Source of the DNA: a virus
Taxonomy: Duplodnaviria; Caudoviricetes
IMG/VR virus record: IMGVR_UViG_3300020577_010124
Span: 106,563-170,562 of that record
Length of the DNA: 64,000 bases
Direction: 5' to 3' (one strand)
Both the position numbers and the translations under genes were made by a program. Shown here piece by piece: positions 30,958 through 39,567 of this stretch; positions within the stretch are counted from its first letter, which is position 1; each line of letters opens with the position of its first letter. The notes beneath the pieces were generated by a model, which searched no databases, was not told the origin of the DNA, and saw nothing but the letters and a program-made list of their open reading frames with translations.

Positions 30958-31816
30958 TTCAATCAAAAACAAGATTATGTGCTGCGACGTTTTAGATGGA
31001 CTCAAAGAGATTCCTGATGAATCTGTTGAGTTTGTCGTTTCCAGTCCGCCTTACAACGTCAACTTGAAGGGCTATGGCAATAGAGACGACAACGAGCCTT
31101 ATGCTGTTTATCTTGAATGGCTAAAGAAGATATTCATTGAATGCAAGAGAATACTTGTCAAAGGCGGTCGTATTGCTATCAATATTGACGCAATGACTAA
31201 TAGACAAGAAGACAATGATGTTGAATATGTTCGACCTATCTACGGTGATCTTATTAAGATTGGACGAGAGATTGGATTGAACTTTCGAACAGATATCTGC
31301 TGGTATAAGCAGAATGCGGTTGGCAAAAAGACTGCATGGGGAAGCTGGCAGGCGTGTTCTAATCCGATTATTCGTCGTAATCATGAATACATTCTTGTTT
31401 GGTCAAAAGACGATTGGCGATTGGACGGAGACATTGAGCAGTCAGACCTTTCTAAGAAAGAGTTTGAGCAATGGACATTCAGTACATGGTTTATTTCGCC
31501 AGAAACAAGAAACCTAAACGGTCATCCTGCTCCATTCCCAGAAGAACTTGTAGTAAGGCTTATTAAGCTATTTACTTACAAAGGTAATACAGTTGTTGAC
31601 CCGTTCATGGGAACAGGCACGACGGGTGTTGTAGCAAAGACACTTAGACGAAACTATATAGGGATTGATAATTCGGCAGACGACGTAGATTTTGCTACTA
31701 AACGTATAGCTAACACGTTCAATATGTTTGAGGACGACATACCAAGATCTAAGCGTATAGAGAAGGAAAAAGCAGTAAAGTTGAAGGATGATAAGGTAGA
31801 GAACGAGATATTTTGA
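30944..31816 (+). CDS. DNA methyltransferase (N4-cytosine-like, beta class)
   Basis: SSPPY, HPAPFP, VDPFMGTGTT. Confidence 0.9.
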   Translation: MKDIDSIKNKIMCCDVLDGLKEIPDESVEFVVSSPPYNVNLKGYGNRDDNEPYAVYLEWLKKIFIECKRILVKGGRIAINIDAMTNRQEDNDVEYVRPIYGDLIKIGREIGLNFRTDICWYKQNAVGKKTAWGSWQACSNPIIRRNHEYILVWSKDDWRLDGDIEQSDLSKKEFEQWTFSTWFISPETRNLNGHPAPFPEELVVRLIKLFTYKGNTVVDPFMGTGTTGVVAKTLRRNYIGIDNSADDVDFATKRIANTFNMFEDDIPRSKRIEKEKAVKLKDDKVENEIF

Positions 31817-32352
31817 TGGATTTTGAGATAGTTTTTACAGATTTGACGCTTCTACAAGCGAATGGCAAGTACAACAAAGTTTGTACCATAATGAACTCGG
31901 AAATGCAAAGCGACCTGCTTTCAGTCGAGAAGAAACTACGCAAAACAAAAATATCTGTAAGTAAGCCTCCGTCAACTTCTAAATGGATGCTTCGTTCGGA
32001 AGTTAGCATTAAAAGTCTTTTCGGGTACGCCAATCTTACTTGTCATTTTTATAGTACAGGCAAGATATATGTTGCTCGGTATTTCCCGTCTGTAAGAGAT
32101 ATTCATAATACAGACATTCGCTGTTTGACCCATTGGGCAAATGAGTATGGATGGAAAGTTCCTGAGCCTCTAAATCATATCGTAGACGAGTGGCCTGCTT
32201 TCTGGCGAAACGAATGGGAAACATACATTATTGATTCCGCCTACCTAGAAAAGAAGTATGGTCCTAGAAAAGACATGCAGTTTGACGATACTATTGATCA
32301 GAAGGACGCAACCACAGACCAGGAGGAAGGTGATGACCCACTCTTGTCCTAA
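31813..32352 (+). CDS. Hypothetical protein
   Basis: 179-aa ORF in co-directional array. Confidence 0.6.
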   Translation: MMDFEIVFTDLTLLQANGKYNKVCTIMNSEMQSDLLSVEKKLRKTKISVSKPPSTSKWMLRSEVSIKSLFGYANLTCHFYSTGKIYVARYFPSVRDIHNTDIRCLTHWANEYGWKVPEPLNHIVDEWPAFWRNEWETYIIDSAYLEKKYGPRKDMQFDDTIDQKDATTDQEEGDDPLLS

Positions 32353-32563
32353 ATGCGGTAGGTCAATCGGTCAAAATGTCTTTGGCACGATATGCGTCGA
32401 TTGTAAGGCTTATGTAGCACCGATAGATAAGCCGAAGATCGTTAAGGACGCAGAAAGACGATTGCAAGAGCATCAACAACAAATACGAAAGTTTCTTAGA
32501 GAGAAACTGATGTATGATATGAAGGCGAAATCAGGAGAAAGCAATGGCGATCAAGTCAAATAA
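32333..32563 (+). CDS. Small zinc-ribbon protein
   Basis: AGGAGG then ATG 32333; CPKC...CVDC. Confidence 0.55.
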   Translation: MTHSCPKCGRSIGQNVFGTICVDCKAYVAPIDKPKIVKDAERRLQEHQQQIRKFLREKLMYDMKAKSGESNGDQVK

Positions 32564-33167
32564 AAGCATAGATTTTGAGTACGAGTTTGAGATGCCCAAT
32601 GGCGCTCTAACTTCATTCTCGTTACGATTCTACTACACTGAAGAATACGGACCAACCCTAGCGGTTCTAGACGAAGAGGGAGAACCAGCAATTAACTTCC
32701 CCGTTACTATGTTCTCGGAAGTGACAGACTTCCTACAAGAGCAAGGGATAATTGAAGGCAAGAAGATTCATTCTCTTCCTCAAGTACCAACGAAGTTGTC
32801 TAAGCCAAATATCGCTGGTAAGCCTTTGCTTCCTAAGCCAAAGCTTGTAACTTCACGACCTGCTCAAACAGTCAATCCTCTTAAGGTTGGAAACAAGAAG
32901 TTCAATGCGGTGGAACTCGATATAGATAGCGACGAGCCAGACGAGCAACCTTATGTCCCAGAAGATCTTATTGCTAAGGAAAAGAATCGTCTAGCGGAGA
33001 TTAGCGCTGCTGTTGAAGGTAGCGTGCCTTCTGACGCTCTTTCAACTTCCGCAGAACAAGCTAGCGCTCTTTCTGACGAGGAACTTGCAGAGATTCTAGC
33101 GCAGAGACAACAAGCCGTAAAGAAGGTTGATAAGGCTGGTAAGGTACTTCGTAGAAAAGAAGAATGA
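32544..33167 (+). CDS. Hypothetical protein
   Basis: CAGGAG upstream; 207 aa. Confidence 0.65.
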   Translation: MAIKSNKSIDFEYEFEMPNGALTSFSLRFYYTEEYGPTLAVLDEEGEPAINFPVTMFSEVTDFLQEQGIIEGKKIHSLPQVPTKLSKPNIAGKPLLPKPKLVTSRPAQTVNPLKVGNKKFNAVELDIDSDEPDEQPYVPEDLIAKEKNRLAEISAAVEGSVPSDALSTSAEQASALSDEELAEILAQRQQAVKKVDKAGKVLRRKEE

Positions 33168-33391
33168 GTCAATATAAAGTAAAACTTATATCGCTTGATA
33201 AGCTGCCTGTTGGCCCAATGGGGGTGGCTCAACCGTTATGCAATACTTGCGTAACTAAGGATTGTTCAAATCCTATTGAGCCTATGCAGGTTAGTATCTT
33301 TGGGGTTATGCGTGATTGGAAGGTCTATAAAAAGAGCGCTTCTAATACGTCGATGGTAGTTCATTGTGTCGGTTACAACAGAGATAAATAA
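33164..33391 (+). CDS. Small Cys-containing hypothetical protein
   Basis: CNTCVTKDC...C; ATGA and TAATG overlaps with neighbours. Confidence 0.6.
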   Translation: MSQYKVKLISLDKLPVGPMGVAQPLCNTCVTKDCSNPIEPMQVSIFGVMRDWKVYKKSASNTSMVVHCVGYNRDK

Positions 33392-33672
33392 TGCCACTAT
33401 ATGAGTATGAAGTTCTTGATAATCAAGGCAAGCCAACTGGCGAAGTAGTCGAGTTCTTGCAGAAAATGTCAGACGCTAAATATGAAAAACATCCTGAAGA
33501 CGGAAGACCATTACGATATACTGTTTCAACTCTTGGCATGGTTGACGACGGCAGACCTGCTTGGGAACGATGTACTGACGTTCGAGATCATATACGCAGC
33601 GCAAAGCCCAAGTATGTAAGTGATACTAAAAAAGGTATTCGAGAAAGATACGATCCTAATAAGCACGGATGA
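33391..33672 (+). CDS. FmdB-like zinc-ribbon-fold protein lacking the Zn cysteines
   Basis: MPLYEYE...EFLQKMSD...HPEDGRPL. Confidence 0.6.
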   Translation: MPLYEYEVLDNQGKPTGEVVEFLQKMSDAKYEKHPEDGRPLRYTVSTLGMVDDGRPAWERCTDVRDHIRSAKPKYVSDTKKGIRERYDPNKHG

Positions 33673-34019
33673 GATACGTCAGGAAACAAATCGTTGTCAA
33701 AGTTTTGGCGGACGAGATTATAGAAGATCTCTCTGTTGTAAAACAGCTTCTTGAAACATTTCAACGTTCTCGAACGGACGCTCATATTAGTTATCGCAAA
33801 GATCAATTTGAAACAGCGACTGTTCATGATAGAGTCAGAATAACGGCTGTTCATGAAAACAGTTTTGACCTGACGGTTATCAATCAAACTCATACAATGA
33901 ATGTCAAGAAGATTCCAATTGCTGACGTTGATTTTATTTCAACGACGGTTTCTCCAAATGAAATCTTTGTCAAGAAAAGCGGCATCGTTGAAAAAGGCGA
34001 CACGCTGGATTTGGCGTGA
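33669..34019 (+). CDS. Hypothetical protein
   Basis: 116-aa ORF with ATGA overlap. Confidence 0.6.
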   Translation: MRYVRKQIVVKVLADEIIEDLSVVKQLLETFQRSRTDAHISYRKDQFETATVHDRVRITAVHENSFDLTVINQTHTMNVKKIPIADVDFISTTVSPNEIFVKKSGIVEKGDTLDLA

Positions 34020-34066
34020 GTTGTGGGTTGCTGTCTGAAAAAGCCTCTAACGCCGAAAATCTGAGC

Positions 34067-35467
34067 ATGAAGATAACCAACAACGCAGATTTTGTACACT
34101 TACATAACCACTCCGAATATTCTCAGTTTGACGGTCTTAACAAAGTCTCGAACTTTGCCAAGTCAGCTAAAGAAATGGGCTTTAAGGCTCTTGCTTTGAC
34201 TGACCACGGCAATGTTGGCGGCGCTATCAAGTTCATGCAGTCTTGTTGGAATAAGGATATCAAGAACTTTGATATCAAACCCATAGTTGGATGCGAGTTC
34301 TACCTGTCAAAAGACAGGCATATTCATTTCTCTGAGCGCAAAGAAGGCTCGAAGATCATCAAAGGTCAGACCGACGAGAAGAAAGGCAATCGTCATCTTG
34401 TTCTTATCGCAAAGAACTGGAAGGGTTGGCAGAATCTTGCTGCTCTCTCTCAACTGAGTTGGACCGAAGGTTTTTATCACAATCCTCGTATTGATTTACC
34501 CTTGCTAGCAAAGCATTCAGAAGGGCTTATATGCAATTCCGCCTGTCTTAGTAGCGTTGTCAACGCAAACCTTCTTCATGATCGTTTTGACGCTGCTAGA
34601 GCCGCCGTTGGAATTTTCAAGGATATCTTCAAAGAAGACTTTCATCTTGAGGTTATGTATCACGGCATTGACGCTGAGGCGATGATTATTCCAGACATTA
34701 TCAAGCTTGGCAAGGAAATGAATGTTCCAATCATCGCAACGAATGATTGTCATTACTGCTCTAAAGAACAGGGACTATCTCAAGAGTTGTTGATGTGCAT
34801 GAGTACAAGCAAGTGCTTGCATGATCCAAAGCATCTCAGGTTCCCATTCCATGAGTTCTATCTAAAGTCGGCAGCAGAGATGTCTCAAATCTTTGGGTCG
34901 CATCCTGAAGCTCTGCTTAATACTGTCATGGTTGCAGATAAAGTAGATTCAAAGGATATCTATGACAATATGATTTCGGGTATTCGTTTGCCAAGATATA
35001 GAATTCCCGCAGGTTTCAACTCTCCCTTTGAGTATATGGAGCATTTGGCTTGGGAAGGAATGAAGAAGCATAATTGGACAGGTAGCGCTCCTCATGTTGA
35101 AAGACTAAAGAGAGAGCTTGCTGACGTAAAGGTTGCTTGGGATAATAACAAGTACGACTTTGCTACTTATTTCCTTATTGTTCGAGACTACATTCAAGAA
35201 GCAAATAATCGAGGCATCCTTACAGGTTGCGGTAGAGGTTCAGGCTTTGCAAGCGTTCTATTGAGAGTCATAGGCATTACTTATGGTCCAGATCCTTTGC
35301 TGTTTGATCTGATTTGGGAACGTTTCCTTGGATTCGATGATAAGTATTTCTTGCAAGAAAGCGACTTCTTTGGAGAAGCTGTTGCCGAGAAGGTTGCCGA
35401 TTCTAATGACGATCTATTCGAAGACAGAGACGTTTCTGACGACCTGGGCGGCGTAGATAGATATTGA
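34067..35467 (+). CDS. dnaE: DNA polymerase III alpha, N-terminal half (PHP domain + start of palm)
   Basis: HLHNHSEYS..DG, ALTDHG, GCEFY, PRID, ATNDCHY, YFLIV.D, GRGS, WERFL then stop after an acidic tail. Confidence 0.9.
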   Translation: MKITNNADFVHLHNHSEYSQFDGLNKVSNFAKSAKEMGFKALALTDHGNVGGAIKFMQSCWNKDIKNFDIKPIVGCEFYLSKDRHIHFSERKEGSKIIKGQTDEKKGNRHLVLIAKNWKGWQNLAALSQLSWTEGFYHNPRIDLPLLAKHSEGLICNSACLSSVVNANLLHDRFDAARAAVGIFKDIFKEDFHLEVMYHGIDAEAMIIPDIIKLGKEMNVPIIATNDCHYCSKEQGLSQELLMCMSTSKCLHDPKHLRFPFHEFYLKSAAEMSQIFGSHPEALLNTVMVADKVDSKDIYDNMISGIRLPRYRIPAGFNSPFEYMEHLAWEGMKKHNWTGSAPHVERLKRELADVKVAWDNNKYDFATYFLIVRDYIQEANNRGILTGCGRGSGFASVLLRVIGITYGPDPLLFDLIWERFLGFDDKYFLQESDFFGEAVAEKVADSNDDLFEDRDVSDDLGGVDRY

Positions 35468-35468
35468 T

Positions 35469-36320
35469 ATGGCAGATACGCTCATAAAAAGAGTAGGCGG
35501 AAAGGTGAAGATCAGAGAGTGGATCAAGTCCAATCTCCCTCATCACCAAATCTATTGCGAGCCTTTTGGCGGTAGCTTTGCTGTTGGCTTTATCATGCCA
35601 ACACCTAATCTTACGTCTTATAGGTTGGTTCTAAACGATAGCGATAAGCATGTATGGAACTTGTTTCGAGTTTTGAGGGACTATAGACAAGAGTTTTTGG
35701 AGAAGATTGCTGCTAGTCCTTATAGCAGAGAAGACTTTGATCGATCTGTAGAGTACATTCGTTCTAAAAGAGATTTTGAGAAAGAGAATCCTGTTGACTG
35801 GGCGAGAATGTATATCATTTACAATCGACAGTCCATGATGGGAAAAGAAGACGGGACATGGGCTATCGCTCGGCAAGGTGAAAACTTCTGTCTTACTTGG
35901 GCCTCTATTCCGTCTCTTATCCGAGAAGTAGCAGATTTCTTCAAGAACGTTTTTGTAGAACGAATGGACTATAAGGAATGCATAGCCAAATGGGACAGTC
36001 CTGAAACTCTTTTTTATCTAGACCCTCCATACGAGGGAGTTGAGAAAGATTTTTATGAAGTCAATAAGAAAGACGGATTTGATCATAAAGGAATGGCCGA
36101 CCTCCTGAAAACCATTAAGGGAAGCTTTGCTGTATCTTACTATGACAGCAAGTATATTCGAGATCTTTATCCTGTTAGCGAAGGCTTCGTAATACATGAA
36201 AAGTCTGTTCTTAAACATATGCAGACTACCAAGAAGAAAGATTCCGTAACAGAGTTGCTTATCGTTCGAGAGAATAGTTGGGCAAAGCAGAATAGTAAAG
36301 AACGTTTTTGTTTTGAGTAA
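35469..36320 (+). CDS. Dam-like (D12) DNA adenine methyltransferase
   Basis: VGGK, YCEPFGGS, FYLDPPY, VSY. Confidence 0.9.
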   Translation: MADTLIKRVGGKVKIREWIKSNLPHHQIYCEPFGGSFAVGFIMPTPNLTSYRLVLNDSDKHVWNLFRVLRDYRQEFLEKIAASPYSREDFDRSVEYIRSKRDFEKENPVDWARMYIIYNRQSMMGKEDGTWAIARQGENFCLTWASIPSLIREVADFFKNVFVERMDYKECIAKWDSPETLFYLDPPYEGVEKDFYEVNKKDGFDHKGMADLLKTIKGSFAVSYYDSKYIRDLYPVSEGFVIHEKSVLKHMQTTKKKDSVTELLIVRENSWAKQNSKERFCFE

Positions 36321-36325
36321 ACACT

Positions 36326-36574
36326 ATGGCATATCACGTTAGTCTGATTAGAAAAGGCGAGTATGGTTGTATTTCTAAGATCCAAGAAGAGCTTGACGAG
36401 CTTAAGGATGCAACCTTGCAGAAAAACAAGATAATGGCTTTGATTGAGCTTTCCGATATGATCGGAGCTATCGAAGGCTTCTTGCAAAGAGAATATCCTT
36501 TTATTTCATTAGAAGACCTCAAGAAGATGTCTGACGCAACTCGTTCAGCATTTATGGATGGAACAAGAAAATGA
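36326..36574 (+). CDS. MazG/HisE-like all-alpha NTP pyrophosphohydrolase
   Basis: KIQEELDEL...IELSD ExxE/ExxD pattern. Confidence 0.6.
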   Translation: MAYHVSLIRKGEYGCISKIQEELDELKDATLQKNKIMALIELSDMIGAIEGFLQREYPFISLEDLKKMSDATRSAFMDGTRK

Positions 36575-37173
36575 AATGGTTTACGGAGCATAATGATCTT
36601 AGAGTTATGGCCGACGCTAGAGACTACTATCTCTATACGGAGAAGTATCGTCCTATTGAGGCTCCTTGGATTGTTAGTAAGAAAGCCATAATGATTACGG
36701 CTCCTGAAGAATGCGAACCATTTGTTCAGAATGAGTCTCTTGTTGCTTCGGGCGAGCAATCATTTATGCAGATGATTTTGGATGGGCAACTTAAACGAGG
36801 AGCGTACTTTACGATTACCCCTTGTTATAGACCAGCAGATGCTGCGAGAAATGACGGATTGCATCTTGCTCAGTTTACAAAGCTTGAACTTATTGATTTC
36901 TATGAGAATGTTGAACCTACTCATGAAGATCTTAAGCGAATGATTGTAGGGGCGAAAAAGTTCATGGAAGATGCTAGAGGGGAAATGCTAGATATCGTGC
37001 GAGTTCCCGATTCAGAACATAGAGAATGTTTTACTTTTGAAAATTACGATATCATGACTGCGGGTCCAGGTGAAATAGAACTTGGTTCATATGGAATCCG
37101 ACGACATCCCGATATTGGGTATTGGGTGTACGGAACGGGCGCTGCTCTTCCAAGATTAATGCATGGAGTCTAA
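36571..37173 (+). CDS. Minimal class II aminoacyl-tRNA-synthetase-like catalytic domain (SerRS-like)
   Basis: LVASGEQ, motif 2 TPCYR...HLAQFTKLEL, IELGSYG, motif 3 GTGAALPRL; no tRNA-binding domain. Confidence 0.65.
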   Translation: MKWFTEHNDLRVMADARDYYLYTEKYRPIEAPWIVSKKAIMITAPEECEPFVQNESLVASGEQSFMQMILDGQLKRGAYFTITPCYRPADAARNDGLHLAQFTKLELIDFYENVEPTHEDLKRMIVGAKKFMEDARGEMLDIVRVPDSEHRECFTFENYDIMTAGPGEIELGSYGIRRHPDIGYWVYGTGAALPRLMHGV

Positions 37174-37178
37174 CGATA

Positions 37179-39164
37179 ATGCCAACTCTACAAGAAATCA
37201 AACAAGAACTTTTGGGCTTGGTTAAAGATCCGAGCCTTCTTCCTCTGTGCGAAGCTGAAATTAAGAAGATGGAATCGACCGAGGGATTGGACGATAAACT
37301 CAATCTTGAGAAGTTCTACAGTCTCTATAAGATGTCCAAGACTCGAAGCGACAATCATAGAAATGTTGTCAACTCATGGCTTGCTTATGCGACTGGAATG
37401 GTTACAAAGAAACCAGACGAAGGTTCAACCTTCTTCCCCAAGCGTCGTGCGTTTGCTAGAAAGAGTCTGCCCGACGTTGATAGCGACTTTGACTATGAGC
37501 GTAGAGGCGAAATCTATCAGTATTTGATTGACACGTTTGGACGAGAATACGTTGGAAATATTGGAACGTATTCAGGTCTAAAAACCAAGTCTTATGTTCG
37601 TCGCGCAATAAAGGCGATAGATCCAGAGAAGACATTCTTCAAAGGATTTGACTTTTGGAAGACAGAAACAAATGCATTAGGTGCTGAGATATTGGATTCA
37701 CTTCCGCCTCAGTATGGAGCGAAGCTCAAGGTAAAGGATGATCAGGGTAATGAACATATTATTGATACTGTTGCTGACGCTGCTAAATACTGTAAGAAAT
37801 TCTCTTATTACATTACTAAGTATCCCTCTCTTCTTCAACACTCTCATAGTATTGAAGGACTACTATCCACTTTTGGAGTCCATGCTGCTGGTATTGTCAT
37901 ATCAAGCGAGCCTCTTGGCAATATAGCGCCTCTTCGTCAGAGCAAGATTGCGGATAGCGCAACCGAAGAGGGTCCAAAGTATGCTTATGCAACTCAGTTT
38001 GAGTATAACGATCTAGAATTCCTAGGTCTAATCAAGTTCGATATTCTTGCTCTTAGTACGCTCTCTGTCATCTATCGTTGCATGAACATGATTGAGCAGA
38101 ACTATGGAATCAAGGTCAACATCTACGACCTGCCTCTTGACGACAAGAAAACCTACGATCTTTACAAGAGCGGCAAACTAACGGGCGTATTCCAATGCGA
38201 AGAATACGGAATGCAGAAGACAATGGTAAACATGGGAGTTGACTCTCTTCATGATATCATGGCTGGAATCGCTTTGTATCGTCCTGGTCCTATGGACTAT
38301 ATTGAAACCTATTGCGCTCGAAAGCATGGCGTAGAGCCGATTGACTATTTCCATTCTTCGCTAAAGCCCTTGCTTGAGCAGCATCTAAAGAAGACATACG
38401 GACTTCCTGTTTATCAAGAACAGATTATGCAAGTATGTAATGCTGTTGCGGGACTTTCCATTCCTGAAGGTTATGTAGTTATCAAGGCTATTGGTAAGAA
38501 AAAGCCTGAGTTGCTACAGAAGTATCGTACTCGTTTTGTTACTGGCGCAAAAGAAACAAACGGTATCGAGCCAAAGGTTGCGGAAGGCTATTGGGATAAG
38601 GTTATTACGCCCTTCGCCGACTACGGATTCAATAAGGCGCATGCTTGTTGCTATGCATACAACTCATATGCGACGGCGTATTTGAAGGCCAATTATCCTG
38701 AAGAGTTTGTTGCTTCCTACTTGAACGTTGAAGTTATTCGAGCCAACTACGACAAGATTGCTACTCTAGAAAAGATGGCAGACGAAATGAACATTACGAT
38801 TCTTCCTCGTCACATCAATACTTGTAAGCTTGAATACACAATCGCCAAGAGAGCGGACGCTACGAATGGTGTTCCAGGGTCGGAAATCATGCCTTCTATC
38901 CGTTGTAAGGGTTTGAGTTTTTCCGCGGCAGAAGAAATTGTCAAGCATCAACCATATGCGAGCTTGAAAGAGTTTGCAGAGTTTACGGATACAAAGCTTG
39001 TTGATATGAGAGCATTGGAAGCTTTGATTGAGGCAGGTTTCTTCAAGCCCAAGCAAGGTAGATCACGACCTGCTCAGGATATTCTTGACGAGTTTGAGAT
39101 GATGAGAGAAGACCTTAAGAAGCTTCGCAAGCGAGGTATCGAAGGCGGAAATATGTTTGAGTGA
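37179..39164 (+). CDS. dnaE: DNA polymerase III alpha, C-terminal (catalytic) half
   Basis: SLPDVDSDF, GVHAAGIVI, LIKFDILAL, GVFQCE, ALYRPGP, VYQEQIMQ, YGFNKAHA, LKANYP; ends after HhH region. Confidence 0.9.
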   Translation: MPTLQEIKQELLGLVKDPSLLPLCEAEIKKMESTEGLDDKLNLEKFYSLYKMSKTRSDNHRNVVNSWLAYATGMVTKKPDEGSTFFPKRRAFARKSLPDVDSDFDYERRGEIYQYLIDTFGREYVGNIGTYSGLKTKSYVRRAIKAIDPEKTFFKGFDFWKTETNALGAEILDSLPPQYGAKLKVKDDQGNEHIIDTVADAAKYCKKFSYYITKYPSLLQHSHSIEGLLSTFGVHAAGIVISSEPLGNIAPLRQSKIADSATEEGPKYAYATQFEYNDLEFLGLIKFDILALSTLSVIYRCMNMIEQNYGIKVNIYDLPLDDKKTYDLYKSGKLTGVFQCEEYGMQKTMVNMGVDSLHDIMAGIALYRPGPMDYIETYCARKHGVEPIDYFHSSLKPLLEQHLKKTYGLPVYQEQIMQVCNAVAGLSIPEGYVVIKAIGKKKPELLQKYRTRFVTGAKETNGIEPKVAEGYWDKVITPFADYGFNKAHACCYAYNSYATAYLKANYPEEFVASYLNVEVIRANYDKIATLEKMADEMNITILPRHINTCKLEYTIAKRADATNGVPGSEIMPSIRCKGLSFSAAEEIVKHQPYASLKEFAEFTDTKLVDMRALEALIEAGFFKPKQGRSRPAQDILDEFEMMREDLKKLRKRGIEGGNMFE

Positions 39165-39223
39165 ACCAATAGCAATCTTTAGTGAGAACGACGATGAAGA
39201 AGTCAATAGCGAAAGGTAATCAA

Positions 39224-39544
39224 ATGAGCAATGAAGCAGAGACTCCAAAAATGAGAAAATCAATCGTCCGTAAGTCTATAACTCGCAAGTACAATACTGC
39301 AAAGTTTGAAACTATGGATATCGTAGTAGACCATTCCATCGAAGTAGAATGGGACACGATCGAAAATCTTAGAGCAAAGAGCGATAGCGTTACTACGCTT
39401 GTAGCCAATGATTTCGAGCAAACAGCTAAGAAAGTCTTCGAAGATTTCCGTCTAACTTCTACTCCTGCCTCTATGAATGAAGCGGGTCCAGCGAAGCGCG
39501 GACTTTCTGCGGAAGAAAAGAAAGACTTTGATAAGCTTAGTTGA
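39224..39544 (+). CDS. Hypothetical protein
   Basis: AAAGGT then ATG 39224. Confidence 0.6.
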   Translation: MSNEAETPKMRKSIVRKSITRKYNTAKFETMDIVVDHSIEVEWDTIENLRAKSDSVTTLVANDFEQTAKKVFEDFRLTSTPASMNEAGPAKRGLSAEEKKDFDKLS

Positions 39545-39567
39545 AATACAACAATAGGAAGTAGTAA

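Noticed and set aside
35336-37454. Group I/II intron, split intein or ribosomal hop explaining the DnaE split
   Set aside because: The interval is filled by three intact genes, with no room for a ribozyme core that I can see; intein motifs are absent; the Phe codons differ (TTC vs TTT) and the 2.1-kb distance is implausible for bypassing. Not excluded without RNA data.
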